From positions 1,504,001 through 1,568,000 of the forward strand of contig OY969724.1 in the NCBI GenBank assembly GCA_963702205.1: a stretch of DNA of 64,000 nucleotides, in the 5' to 3' direction. Positions 22,858 through 30,628 of the stretch are shown here, in pieces. The stretch is from an uncultured candidate division Zixibacteria bacterium. GTDB lineage: Bacteria; Zixibacteria; MSB-5A5; GN15; PGXB01. Position 1 is the stretch's first letter. Every line of letters begins with the position of its first letter. Position numbers and translations under genes: made by a program. Below the pieces are notes generated by a model. The model was not told where the DNA came from, searched no databases, and saw only the letters and a program-made list of their open reading frames with translations.

Positions 22858-23249
22858 AGCTGTCGCATATCGGAATAGCCGTGGAAAATCTGGAACAGGC
22901 GGAGCGTATATTTGCCGACCTTCTGGGGGCCGAGCCGGGGCATATATCGGAAGTGCCCGACCAGAAAATCAAGGCGATGTTTTTTCCGCTCGATGACGGG
23001 AGTGCGATCGAGTTGTTAATGCCGACCGACAGCGGCAGCCCGATCAAACAATTCCTCGACAAACGCGGCCCGGGCATTCACCATGTGGCCTTTGTCGTAG
23101 ATGATATCGAAGGAAAATTGGAAGAGCTTAAAGCCAGGGGCTATCGTCTGATCGACGAAACCCCGCGCATAGGCGCGACCGGCAACAAAATTGCCTTCAT
23201 GCACCCGGCATCCACGTCGGGCGTTCTTATTGAACTCAAAGAAGAATAA
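22854..23249 (+). CDS. mce: Methylmalonyl-CoA epimerase
   Basis: 'HIGIAV', 'IELL', 'GIHHVAF', 'IAFMHP..TSGVLIEL'. Confidence 0.95.
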   Translation: MKLSHIGIAVENLEQAERIFADLLGAEPGHISEVPDQKIKAMFFPLDDGSAIELLMPTDSGSPIKQFLDKRGPGIHHVAFVVDDIEGKLEELKARGYRLIDETPRIGATGNKIAFMHPASTSGVLIELKEE

Positions 23250-24017
23250 TTATCGTTTGGTAGGTTGAGCCTCGGGACGAACGGCCCCGCAACGGCGGCA
23301 TTGCGCGTTGTCGTTGTGGTTTATCATGCGGCATTCGGGACAGCGCCAGAAATGTTCCGAACTGCGCCCGAGGGGATTGCGTGAATTTTGTATTCGTCTG
23401 TTTCTCATGAAAAAGAAAGCGGCCAGCATCAGAAGCAAAAGGACATAAAGATAGTTCATGCTGTGGTCCGGTGGGTAAAGGCTGTCTTCGAGTTTGGCCG
23501 TAATCATGGCCGAATCGAAAAATTGCGCAATTTCATTTATCGTGAAGGAATCAGGTTTGGCGTTGACTTCATACTGAAGTAAATACAATACCTGTCCCGT
23601 TTCCGATACATTGCAAAAAAGCCCTTTGACTTTGAGATAAAGGTAATTGTCGACGTCCTTCTCACCGGTTTGGTACGTTGTGTCGAAAGTTACGATTTTG
23701 CCGTCATCGTGATATTCGAGAGATACATCGTTGCCCGGAGGAACGCCCAGATCGGAATACAACCCTTTTTCCGCCGCGACCATCGCTTCATGCGTTTTTA
23801 TGCGACTTTCATCGCCCAGTACAAAACGGCGAATCAGGAGAATATCGGGATTGGGAGAATTAGAGCGGACTTCGATTTGATCATCGGAAATATGCTCCAC
23901 CGTCCAGCCCGGAGGCGTCTGAAACTGCATTTCATGAAAAGTCGCAGCGGTCATAACCCCGGCAATGGCCACCGTAATAGAGGTCGAAAAGACAACGAAT
24001 AAAAGCCAATATCTCAT
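23250..24017 (-). CDS. Single-pass membrane protein with C-terminal RanBP2-type zinc finger
   Basis: Signal peptide, ~160-aa extracytoplasmic domain, TM 'YLYVLLLLMLAAFFF', then WRCPECRMINHNDNAQCRRC. Confidence 0.75.
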   Translation of the reverse strand: MRYWLLFVVFSTSITVAIAGVMTAATFHEMQFQTPPGWTVEHISDDQIEVRSNSPNPDILLIRRFVLGDESRIKTHEAMVAAEKGLYSDLGVPPGNDVSLEYHDDGKIVTFDTTYQTGEKDVDNYLYLKVKGLFCNVSETGQVLYLLQYEVNAKPDSFTINEIAQFFDSAMITAKLEDSLYPPDHSMNYLYVLLLLMLAAFFFMRNRRIQNSRNPLGRSSEHFWRCPECRMINHNDNAQCRRCGAVRPEAQPTKR

Positions 24018-24068
24018 ATAATCGGTATCGACAGAAAGCGAAGGAAGCTGTATTGACCGCGCTTGGGG

Positions 24069-24443
24069 CTATTTGCGGCGGGGCTTTTTGGGTTTCGGTC
24101 CGGCAGCCAGCGCCCTCTTGAAGACGTCGGCGAAATCCGATTTGAGCGATGTTACCGCGCCACCGACGGCATAATCGAGAAATTCCTCGCGACTCATCAG
24201 CGGTGTGTATTCATAGGCGTGACTCACCTTTTTGCGCACGAGATAGTGCTTTGTCACGAGGCGGTTCATGATGGTCATGACGGTGGTATAGGCGTACGAT
24301 CGCTCTTTGGACAGAAAATAATGCACGCGCTTGACGGTCAGGCTTTTGTTGACCCAGATGATTTCCATTACTCTGGCTTCCAGACCGCCCATGAATTTCT
24401 CCAGCCCCGGCCGGTCCGGGTGAAGGATAAGTTGCGGCTTCAT
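24069..24443 (-). CDS. BlaI/MecI/CopY family transcriptional repressor
   Basis: 'GLEARVMEIIW', 'AYTTVMTIMNRLVTK', 'AYEY.P..SREEF'. Confidence 0.93.
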   Translation of the reverse strand: MKPQLILHPDRPGLEKFMGGLEARVMEIIWVNKSLTVKRVHYFLSKERSYAYTTVMTIMNRLVTKHYLVRKKVSHAYEYTPLMSREEFLDYAVGGAVTSLKSDFADVFKRALAAGPKPKKPRRK

Positions 24444-24444
24444 G

Positions 24445-24609
24445 CTATTCTATGTGGATGCCTTTGTTGCTCTTGCAAAACAGCATCCGTCCGCCGATGG
24501 CTATCAGCAGTATCGGCAGAGCATAATCCCAGACGTCGCCGGGAATCACATTGGCCCGCGTCAAGAGCAACAGGGCACCGGCTATGATCAGTATCAATCC
24601 GACAAACAT
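24445..24609 (-). CDS. Small 2-TM protein, DUF5668/LiaI-LiaF-like (54 aa, absent from the ORF track)
   Basis: MFVGLILIIAGALLLLTRANVIPGDVWDYALPILLIAIGGRMLFCKSNKGIHIE*, with a GGAG RBS; similar to 45555..45767. Confidence 0.8.
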   Translation of the reverse strand: MFVGLILIIAGALLLLTRANVIPGDVWDYALPILLIAIGGRMLFCKSNKGIHIE

Positions 24610-24629
24610 GTTACTTCTCCAACTTTATG

Positions 24630-25625
24630 CTATAAACAGTTTTTAACTGCCTGAAGGTTTTCGAATGAAATGTGGGGGTCGATGGCACAGCCCGGTCCGA
24701 AAATGAACCTCTTGCCGTTCATACGTTCTTTTATTTTCGAGATCTCGTTGGCTATTTCGCCCGGTGTGGCGTGCCACAGCCAGCCGGTATAATCCAGACC
24801 GGCCACGGCCGTTTTGTCACCGATGTCCCTAAAGCTGTTGTCGAGGTTGACATTGGTCGGATGCGCGTCGTCCCAGTTAACCATCTGTACCGGGTAATCG
24901 GCCAGTTCCTTTAAATAATTATTCCCGGCGCAGACGTGGAGCATATTGACGGCATCGTCGCCGGCGGCCTTTATGATTCGCAAATCGAGCGGACGGCACC
25001 AGCGGGCGTATTGTTCATAAGAAATCATATCCGATGACGCCCATTCCAGAGTGGCGTAGAAAAGCCCGTCGGCTCCGGCATTACGAATCTCGGCGGCGTA
25101 TTTCTCGAAAGTCTGCGTTATATTTTCGAGCGCCGCAAGGACATGCTTTTCATCGGCCTGCAAATGTCCTTTGAGTTTGTCGGCGCTTCCCACGAGGTAG
25201 CGGGCGATCCCGAGCGGGTTGAAAACCGTCATGAACAGAGGGAGTTCCCTCGGGAAGGCTTTTTTGATCAGAGCGATTGCTTTAAGGTGCTCGGCCAGGA
25301 CCGGTGCGGTCGGCGGCAGGACATTGATTTTATCCCAGTCGGATATTTCATTAACCGGGAATTCGATCTTGGTTTGTTTTTCGAATTCATCGGTCGACCA
25401 CTCCAGTTTAAGACCCCAGTCTTCCATGTGATAGCTCGCCCGGGGATTAATTTTCATGAAATCCCAGTCGAATCGGTTCTGAAACTCGATCATGGCCGCG
25501 GCCAGGTTTTCGGTCGTGGTTTCGCGATGGTAGAAATGCCGCCAGACGGAAGCTGCGAACCGGTCCGGTTTCTCGCCGGAAAGGATCATATTAAGTCGTT
25601 CCCGGTGTGAATATCGGTCGGGCAT
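24630..25625 (-). CDS. URO-D/MtaA-CmuA superfamily protein
   Basis: 'ERL..ILSGEKPDR', 'AGADG', 'LHVC', 'FIFGPGC'. Confidence 0.82.
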   Translation of the reverse strand: MPDRYSHRERLNMILSGEKPDRFAASVWRHFYHRETTTENLAAAMIEFQNRFDWDFMKINPRASYHMEDWGLKLEWSTDEFEKQTKIEFPVNEISDWDKINVLPPTAPVLAEHLKAIALIKKAFPRELPLFMTVFNPLGIARYLVGSADKLKGHLQADEKHVLAALENITQTFEKYAAEIRNAGADGLFYATLEWASSDMISYEQYARWCRPLDLRIIKAAGDDAVNMLHVCAGNNYLKELADYPVQMVNWDDAHPTNVNLDNSFRDIGDKTAVAGLDYTGWLWHATPGEIANEISKIKERMNGKRFIFGPGCAIDPHISFENLQAVKNCL

Positions 25626-26405
25626 TTATTCCTTCTCCGTCTCCTGCCAATCTTCGAAAAGCTTGTAATAGTGTTTCGGATATTTCGGAGTGTAGCGCAA
25701 AAATGCGGGCATGGGATAGCGAATCCCGCCGTCGTGAGTGCCTTCCAGACCGGTAATGAGGTCTTCTTCGATGCCGACCGGCAACGACATGGCCATTTCA
25801 TCGTCCTGTGTTTGTCCGAAAACCCGATCGCCGTAACATGGCAGAATTACCTGGGGCTTGTTGGTTTTCATGGTTTCGATACAAATGTCGGCGCAGTCGA
25901 GGCGTCCCGAGAATTTGCTGGTAAGATAGCCGCCCTTTTTATAGAGCACGGCTGTCAGGAGGCGCATGACCTGGGCCGAGTTGCCGTAGACGAGGAAAAC
26001 GTGCGGTTGGAAATCGGCCCGCGCCAGGGGGGCCGTCAAAATGTAGCGATATTCCTTAAACGAAAAGCGCGGCACCTCGGCCTCGGTCCGGGCTCCGGCC
26101 GATCTGGTCTCTGTAAACATCCCGGCGCACATCTCGCCGCAGGAAAAAGAGTCCGTCTCTTTTTTAAAACCGAAAGCCGTCAGGGCCAGCGGGCAGTTGA
26201 TGTCTTCTTCGCCGACCGCGAGCTGCCAGCCGTAGCGGCGCGCCATGGAGAACGTCTGGCAAATGGCCACCTGCACGTCCAGATCGCGCTTCGGACGCCG
26301 GGTACGTTCGGACAGTTCCTCACCGTCCTTGACAAATCTTATGGCGAGGGGATATGATCCCGGCCGTACATATTTGGTCAACGCTTCATCCAATTTATTA
26401 AACAT
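25626..26405 (-). CDS. DUF169 family protein
   Basis: 'PLAIRF', 'AICQ...ARRYG', 'INCP', 'NSAQVMRL', 'PCYGDR...DDEM'. Confidence 0.85.
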   Translation of the reverse strand: MFNKLDEALTKYVRPGSYPLAIRFVKDGEELSERTRRPKRDLDVQVAICQTFSMARRYGWQLAVGEEDINCPLALTAFGFKKETDSFSCGEMCAGMFTETRSAGARTEAEVPRFSFKEYRYILTAPLARADFQPHVFLVYGNSAQVMRLLTAVLYKKGGYLTSKFSGRLDCADICIETMKTNKPQVILPCYGDRVFGQTQDDEMAMSLPVGIEEDLITGLEGTHDGGIRYPMPAFLRYTPKYPKHYYKLFEDWQETEKE

Positions 26406-26584
26406 GGGGACTCCTTTTATTCAATATATCAATACGCCGAATATGCTGTCAACAACAATGGCGTCCAGCCTTTCTGTGTAATATCTGAACATTGCGAATT
26501 GCCAGCCTTCAAAACGCGCCGCGACTGCCGAAACAATAACTGTGAGGGCTGGGAACCGTTAATAATAAAGATTCAGGGAGATAC

Positions 26585-27952
26585 ATGGCACCCAGAATTT
26601 TGGTGGTCGACGATGAGCAGTCGATGCGTGATTTTATGGAAATCATGCTCACGAAAGACGGATATGCCGTAGCAACCGCGTCCTCGGGCCGCGAGGCCGT
26701 AAACAAGACCCAATCAGAAAAATATGATCTCATTATCGCGGATTTAATGATGCCGGAAATGTCCGGCATGGAGCTTCTCAGTGAAATAAAAAAGACCAAT
26801 CCGGGACAGGATTTTATCGTCATGACCGCTTTCGCCTCGGTCGATACGGCGATCAAAGCGATGAAGCACGGGGCGCTTGATTATGTCATCAAGCCGTTCA
26901 AGATCGACGAGATCAAGCTGGTTATAGAAAAATCGGTCAGTCGCAAAAAACTCAAGACCGAAAACGAATTTCTGAAAAAGCAGTTGAAGCAGGATTTCTC
27001 TTTCGAGGATTTTATCGGGCAGTCGAGTGATATCGTGCAGCTGAAAGAGCTGGCTCAGAAAATTTCCGCCACCGATTCGACCGTTCTCATACGCGGCGAA
27101 TCGGGCACCGGTAAGGACCTGATCGCCCGCGCCATACACACGTCATCGCCGCGCGCATCGGGACCGTTCGTGACTATCAACTGCGCGGCGCTTCCGGAAA
27201 ATCTGCTCGAATCGGAATTGTTCGGTTATAAGAAAGGTGCTTTCACCGGGGCCGTCAAGGACAAGGACGGTTTGTTCAAAGTGGCCGATGGTGGGACCAT
27301 GTTTCTCGATGAGATCGGCAATACTACTCCCGCGATCCAGGTGAAATTATTGAGAGTGCTGGAGGACCAACAAATCACCGCGGTCGGCGCGATCGCCCCG
27401 ATTCAGGTCGACGTGCGCTTGATCGCGGCGACAAACGCCAATCTCGAAGAAGACGTCAAGTCCGGGCAATTTCGGTCCGACTTGTTTTATCGGCTGAACG
27501 TAATCCCGATCAATATCATTCCGCTTCGCGAACGGGTGGAGGACATTCCGCTTCTGGCTAATTATTTCATAAAGAATTACTGCCTGCGCAGCGATCTTCC
27601 GGTTAAATATATCGGCCAGGACGCGATGGAAGTGCTTTACCGTTACCACTGGCCGGGCAATGTTCGGGAACTGGAAAATTGTATTGAGCGGGCGGTTTTA
27701 TTGTCCAAGGGTGATGTCATCGAGACGTCAGATTTTCCGCAGAAAATAGTTGAAAACCGTCGTGAATCGATGGTGGCCGACGACAGCCCCAAGACGCCGA
27801 CCCTGGAGTCGATTGAAAAAGCCTATATACATTATGTTATGGATCAGGCCCAGGGGCAGAAAACCAAAGCGGCTAAGATTCTTGGGATCGACAACAGTAC
27901 CCTGTACAGGAAATTAAAGAGGTATCAACTGGATAAATCGGAAAAAAGTTAA
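26585..27952 (+). CDS. Sigma54-dependent response regulator (NtrC family, PilR-like)
   Basis: REC domain (DDE, D-LMMP), AAA+ 'GESGTGK', 'GAFTGA', 'FLDEIG', 'WPGNVREL', Fis-type HTH; immediately upstream of pilins. Confidence 0.95.
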   Translation: MAPRILVVDDEQSMRDFMEIMLTKDGYAVATASSGREAVNKTQSEKYDLIIADLMMPEMSGMELLSEIKKTNPGQDFIVMTAFASVDTAIKAMKHGALDYVIKPFKIDEIKLVIEKSVSRKKLKTENEFLKKQLKQDFSFEDFIGQSSDIVQLKELAQKISATDSTVLIRGESGTGKDLIARAIHTSSPRASGPFVTINCAALPENLLESELFGYKKGAFTGAVKDKDGLFKVADGGTMFLDEIGNTTPAIQVKLLRVLEDQQITAVGAIAPIQVDVRLIAATNANLEEDVKSGQFRSDLFYRLNVIPINIIPLRERVEDIPLLANYFIKNYCLRSDLPVKYIGQDAMEVLYRYHWPGNVRELENCIERAVLLSKGDVIETSDFPQKIVENRRESMVADDSPKTPTLESIEKAYIHYVMDQAQGQKTKAAKILGIDNSTLYRKLKRYQLDKSEKS

Positions 27953-28030
27953 TCTTCAATTCGTGTCCAAATACTAAACAACTTGAGAATCCCGGTATGA
28001 AATTCGACAATAACGAAGAAGATTATCGTT

Positions 28031-28047
28031 CCGGTATAGCATTTGCC
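28031..28047 (+). promoter_or_regulatory. sigma54 (-24/-12) promoter of pilin 1
   Basis: CCGGTATAGCATTTGCC = GG-N10-GC. Confidence 0.7.
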
Positions 28048-28089
28048 TTAAACCCTGATAAATAATTAGCCAAAGGCAAGAGGTATATT

Positions 28090-28512
28090 GTGAATAAAGC
28101 AAGATTAGAATCGGGTTTCACGCTGATCGAACTGATGATAGTCGTCGTAATCATAGGTATTCTGGCCGCCTTGGCCATACCGAGGATGATGGCGGTCCCG
28201 GTCAGGACCAAGCAAGGCGAAGCCAAGCTTATACTTAAGCAGATTTATGTCAACCAGAGGACATTTCGACAGCAGGGCAATACCTATTATATCCCGGCGG
28301 CCGACGCCAGCGCCGCAAACCGTCAGGCTTTCAAATCCATCTGGATCGAGATAATGCCTTCGTCCAATTATACTTACCACATTGACGGCGATGCCATGAC
28401 TTTCACGGCCACCGCCACCGCGGTCAATCTCGATGATGATGCCGCACCGGACGTTTGGACCATCGACAATACCGGGACGCTGTTGTGTCTTTCTGATGAT
28501 GCGATGTTGTAG
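28090..28512 (+). CDS. Type IV pilin (paralog 1)
   Basis: G|FTLIELMIVVVIIGILAALAIP class III signal with E5. Confidence 0.93.
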   Translation: MNKARLESGFTLIELMIVVVIIGILAALAIPRMMAVPVRTKQGEAKLILKQIYVNQRTFRQQGNTYYIPAADASAANRQAFKSIWIEIMPSSNYTYHIDGDAMTFTATATAVNLDDDAAPDVWTIDNTGTLLCLSDDAML

Positions 28513-28533
28513 GGTAACAACAGGCTAAGCACG

Positions 28534-28561
28534 GGCGTGCCACATAAGGCACGCCTTTTTT
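28534..28561 (+). terminator. Rho-independent terminator
   Basis: GGCGTGCC-ACATAA-GGCACGCC followed by T6. Confidence 0.85.
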
Positions 28562-28778
28562 ATTGTACTTATGACTATAAGCCCAGGTATGGGAATATTC
28601 CAATAATGCACGAATTGCAAAATGCCAGATTCTTGGCAAATGACAATGATCCCTGATATGGGGCCGTAGTCAAACCTGTTGGGATTAAACCACATATGGA
28701 AGCTTTCGGGAAATATTATTCGTTGTGCCTTATGTGTTTATGATGAAATTTAAGGCGCGATAATATTGCCGTGCGGCA

Positions 28779-28795
28779 TTGGCACCCGGTTTGCC
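28779..28795 (+). promoter_or_regulatory. sigma54 promoter of pilin 2
   Basis: TTGGCACCCGGTTTGCC, near-perfect TGGCAC-N5-TTGC. Confidence 0.88.
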
Positions 28796-28860
28796 ATAAT
28801 AGTCAGCGTGAAAATTTGCAAACCAAAACCAAAGTACTAAAATCTGTAGGAGGATTTTAA

Positions 28861-29292
28861 ATGTTCACCAAATTCCACAACCGTCAGAAGGGTTTCACCC
28901 TTATCGAATTGATGATCGTGGTCGTTATCATCGGTATTCTGGCCGCGCTCGCTATTCCGCGTTTCATGACTGCTACCACCAAATCCAAGCAGTCGGAAGC
29001 CAAGCAGCTGCTCAAGCAGATTTATACTATGGAACGCACCTACCGCCAGCAGAACAACACCTACTGGGGTCAGGGATCAGTCGCCAGCGCCGCGGCTCCC
29101 AATGGTTTCGCCACCATAGGTGTTGAAATTATGGCCTCGGCTATTTATACCTACACGATTAACACGGCCGACGCCACCAACCTGCTGGTTACGGCCAACA
29201 GCGCCGTCCTCGACGACGACGTAGCTCCGGATACCTGGACCATTAACGAGCAGGGTGTGTTGCTCTGTACTTCGGACGACTCGATTCTCTAA
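28861..29292 (+). CDS. pilA: Type IV pilin (paralog 2, likely the major pilin)
   Basis: 'QKG|FTLIELMIVVVIIGILAALAIPRF'; strong RBS AGGAGG; best sigma54 promoter in the window. Confidence 0.9.
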   Translation: MFTKFHNRQKGFTLIELMIVVVIIGILAALAIPRFMTATTKSKQSEAKQLLKQIYTMERTYRQQNNTYWGQGSVASAAAPNGFATIGVEIMASAIYTYTINTADATNLLVTANSAVLDDDVAPDTWTINEQGVLLCTSDDSIL

Positions 29293-29321
29293 GAATTCCG
29301 GTCACTGTTTGCCATATATCA

Positions 29322-29355
29322 AGACGCCCCGATTCGAATCGGGGCGTCTATTTAT
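29322..29355 (+). terminator. Terminator hairpin after pilin 2
   Basis: AGACGCCCCGATT-CG-AATCGGGGCGTCT followed by ATTTAT. Confidence 0.8.
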
Positions 29356-29382
29356 GTACTTATTTCTTTGAATAAGGTCTCA

Positions 29383-29612
29383 CCATAAAAATGGGCATGA
29401 CCTGACACAATGTATAAGACGTTGGGGCAGATGTGGACATCTGCCGCCCACAACGATGTACTCACCCGTTGGGTGAGCTACAAGAATTCTTGCTAGGTCC
29501 GGCAACCGGCAGATACAGCTTATATTTGCCGATTACAGCAACCAGTACGTTGTGATCGGCGGGTCCTCAGACCCGCCGCTAACCCGGTCGATCTGTGGAT
29601 CGACCGGGCACA
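29383..29612. repeat. Cluster of REP-like palindromes
   Basis: Hairpins at 29421-29454, at 29458-29481 (GTAG-CTCACCC-AAC-GGGTGAG on the minus strand), and an inverted doublet at 29551-29612. Confidence 0.7.
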
Positions 29613-29672
29613 AAGATTAATCAGCGTGGTTCTAAATTAATCGCATGACTGGTGCATTTAGTCAAGAGAAGA

Positions 29673-30067
29673 ACTGGATTCCCGCCTACGCGGGAATGAC
29701 ACTTGTCCGGCTATAGAGATGATGTTGCATGCTACTGGATTCCCGCCTACGCGGGAATGACACTTGTCCGGCTATAGAGATGATGTTGCATGCTACTGGA
29801 TTCCCGCCTACGCGGGAATGACACTTGTCCGGCTATAGAGATGATGTTGCATGCCACTGGATTCCCGCCTGCGCGGGAATGACACTTGTCCGGCTATAGA
29901 GATGATGTTGCATGCTACTGGATTCCCGCCTGCGCGGGAATGACACTTGTCCGGCTATAGAGATGATGTTGCATGCTACTGGATTCCCGCCTGCGCGGGA
30001 ATGACACTTGTCCGGCTATAGAGATGATGTTGCATGCTACTGGATTCCCGCCTACGCGGGAATGACA
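29673..30067. repeat. Tandem array with 61-bp period: 7 palindromic 29-bp cores (dRS3/RPE-like) and 6 near-identical 32-bp linkers
   Basis: Core ACTGGATTCCCGCCTRCGCGGGAATGACA at 29673, 29734, 29795, 29856, 29917, 29978 and 30039; linker CTTGTCCGGCTATAGAGATGATGTTGCATGCY. Confidence 0.97.
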
Positions 30068-30167
30068 TTATCCGACGCTTGGAGGAAATATATAAATTTC
30101 TGTGCGCGGCACTTGTCCACAAGTGCCCGAGCGTTTGGTATGGACATAAAAATGGGGCAGATGTAGA

Positions 30168-30320
30168 GAGGCTGTCCCAAAAGTACTCTTTTTAAGTTCC
30201 GCGGGGTCTTGTCCCGACGAAGTCGGGATGTGACCCTGCGGTCTTTCAACGGTTTCCGTCGGGTGACAATTTCGACCACGTCGAAATCAACACCCGACGG
30301 AACACTTTTGGGACAGCCTC
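30168..30320. mobile_element. 153-bp MITE with 17-bp perfect TIRs and 4-bp TSD (TAGA)
   Basis: GAGGCTGTCCCAAAAGT...ACTTTTGGGACAGCCTC flanked by TAGA at 30164-30167 and 30321-30324; removing it restores a copy of the 29421 palindrome. Confidence 0.85.
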
Positions 30321-30628
30321 TAGACATCTGTCGCCCACTTAACCCATAAGAATGGGCAGGACTTGACGCAGCTTGAAAGATGGATCCCGGGTCAAGCTCG
30401 AAATGACATCAAAAGCCGTTTTATGTTAAAATTCACATTTCCCCACAAAATAACCTTATGCGATATATTTTAACCGTCTGCTAATAAATGACTTACATTT
30501 AGTATTTCGCTGATTTTTCTTTCAGATTAAAGCCGTTTCAGCCGAAAATATACTATACATCCGGAGCGAGAGATATTATCGGTCCGGAAACTGAACTATG
30601 GTATAAGGCAAAATACGAGGCGAGGAAT

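Noticed and set aside
28090..28512. Silent pilS-like cassette for antigenic variation
   Set aside because: It has a full leader, an RBS, its own sigma54 promoter and a terminator, and DNA similarity to pilin 2 is broken by synonymous changes.
28861..29292. Electrically conductive pilin (e-pilin)
   Set aside because: It has F1, F24, Y50 and Y57 but lacks aromatics at positions 27 and 32, and has only about 10 aromatics in ~132 mature residues.
29491..29520. SRP RNA (AGGTCCGG...CAGC resemblance)
   Set aside because: It lacks the CAGG-GNRA-AGCAG domain IV geometry and the long closing helix.
29673..30067. CRISPR array
   Set aside because: Repeat and spacer lengths fit, but the spacers are identical, the core matches a dispersed dRS3/RPE-type palindrome, and no cas genes are present.
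30052..30327. 91-aa minus-strand ORF (and 12548..12730)
   Set aside because: Both lie within palindromic repeat or MITE sequence and have no recognisable protein features.
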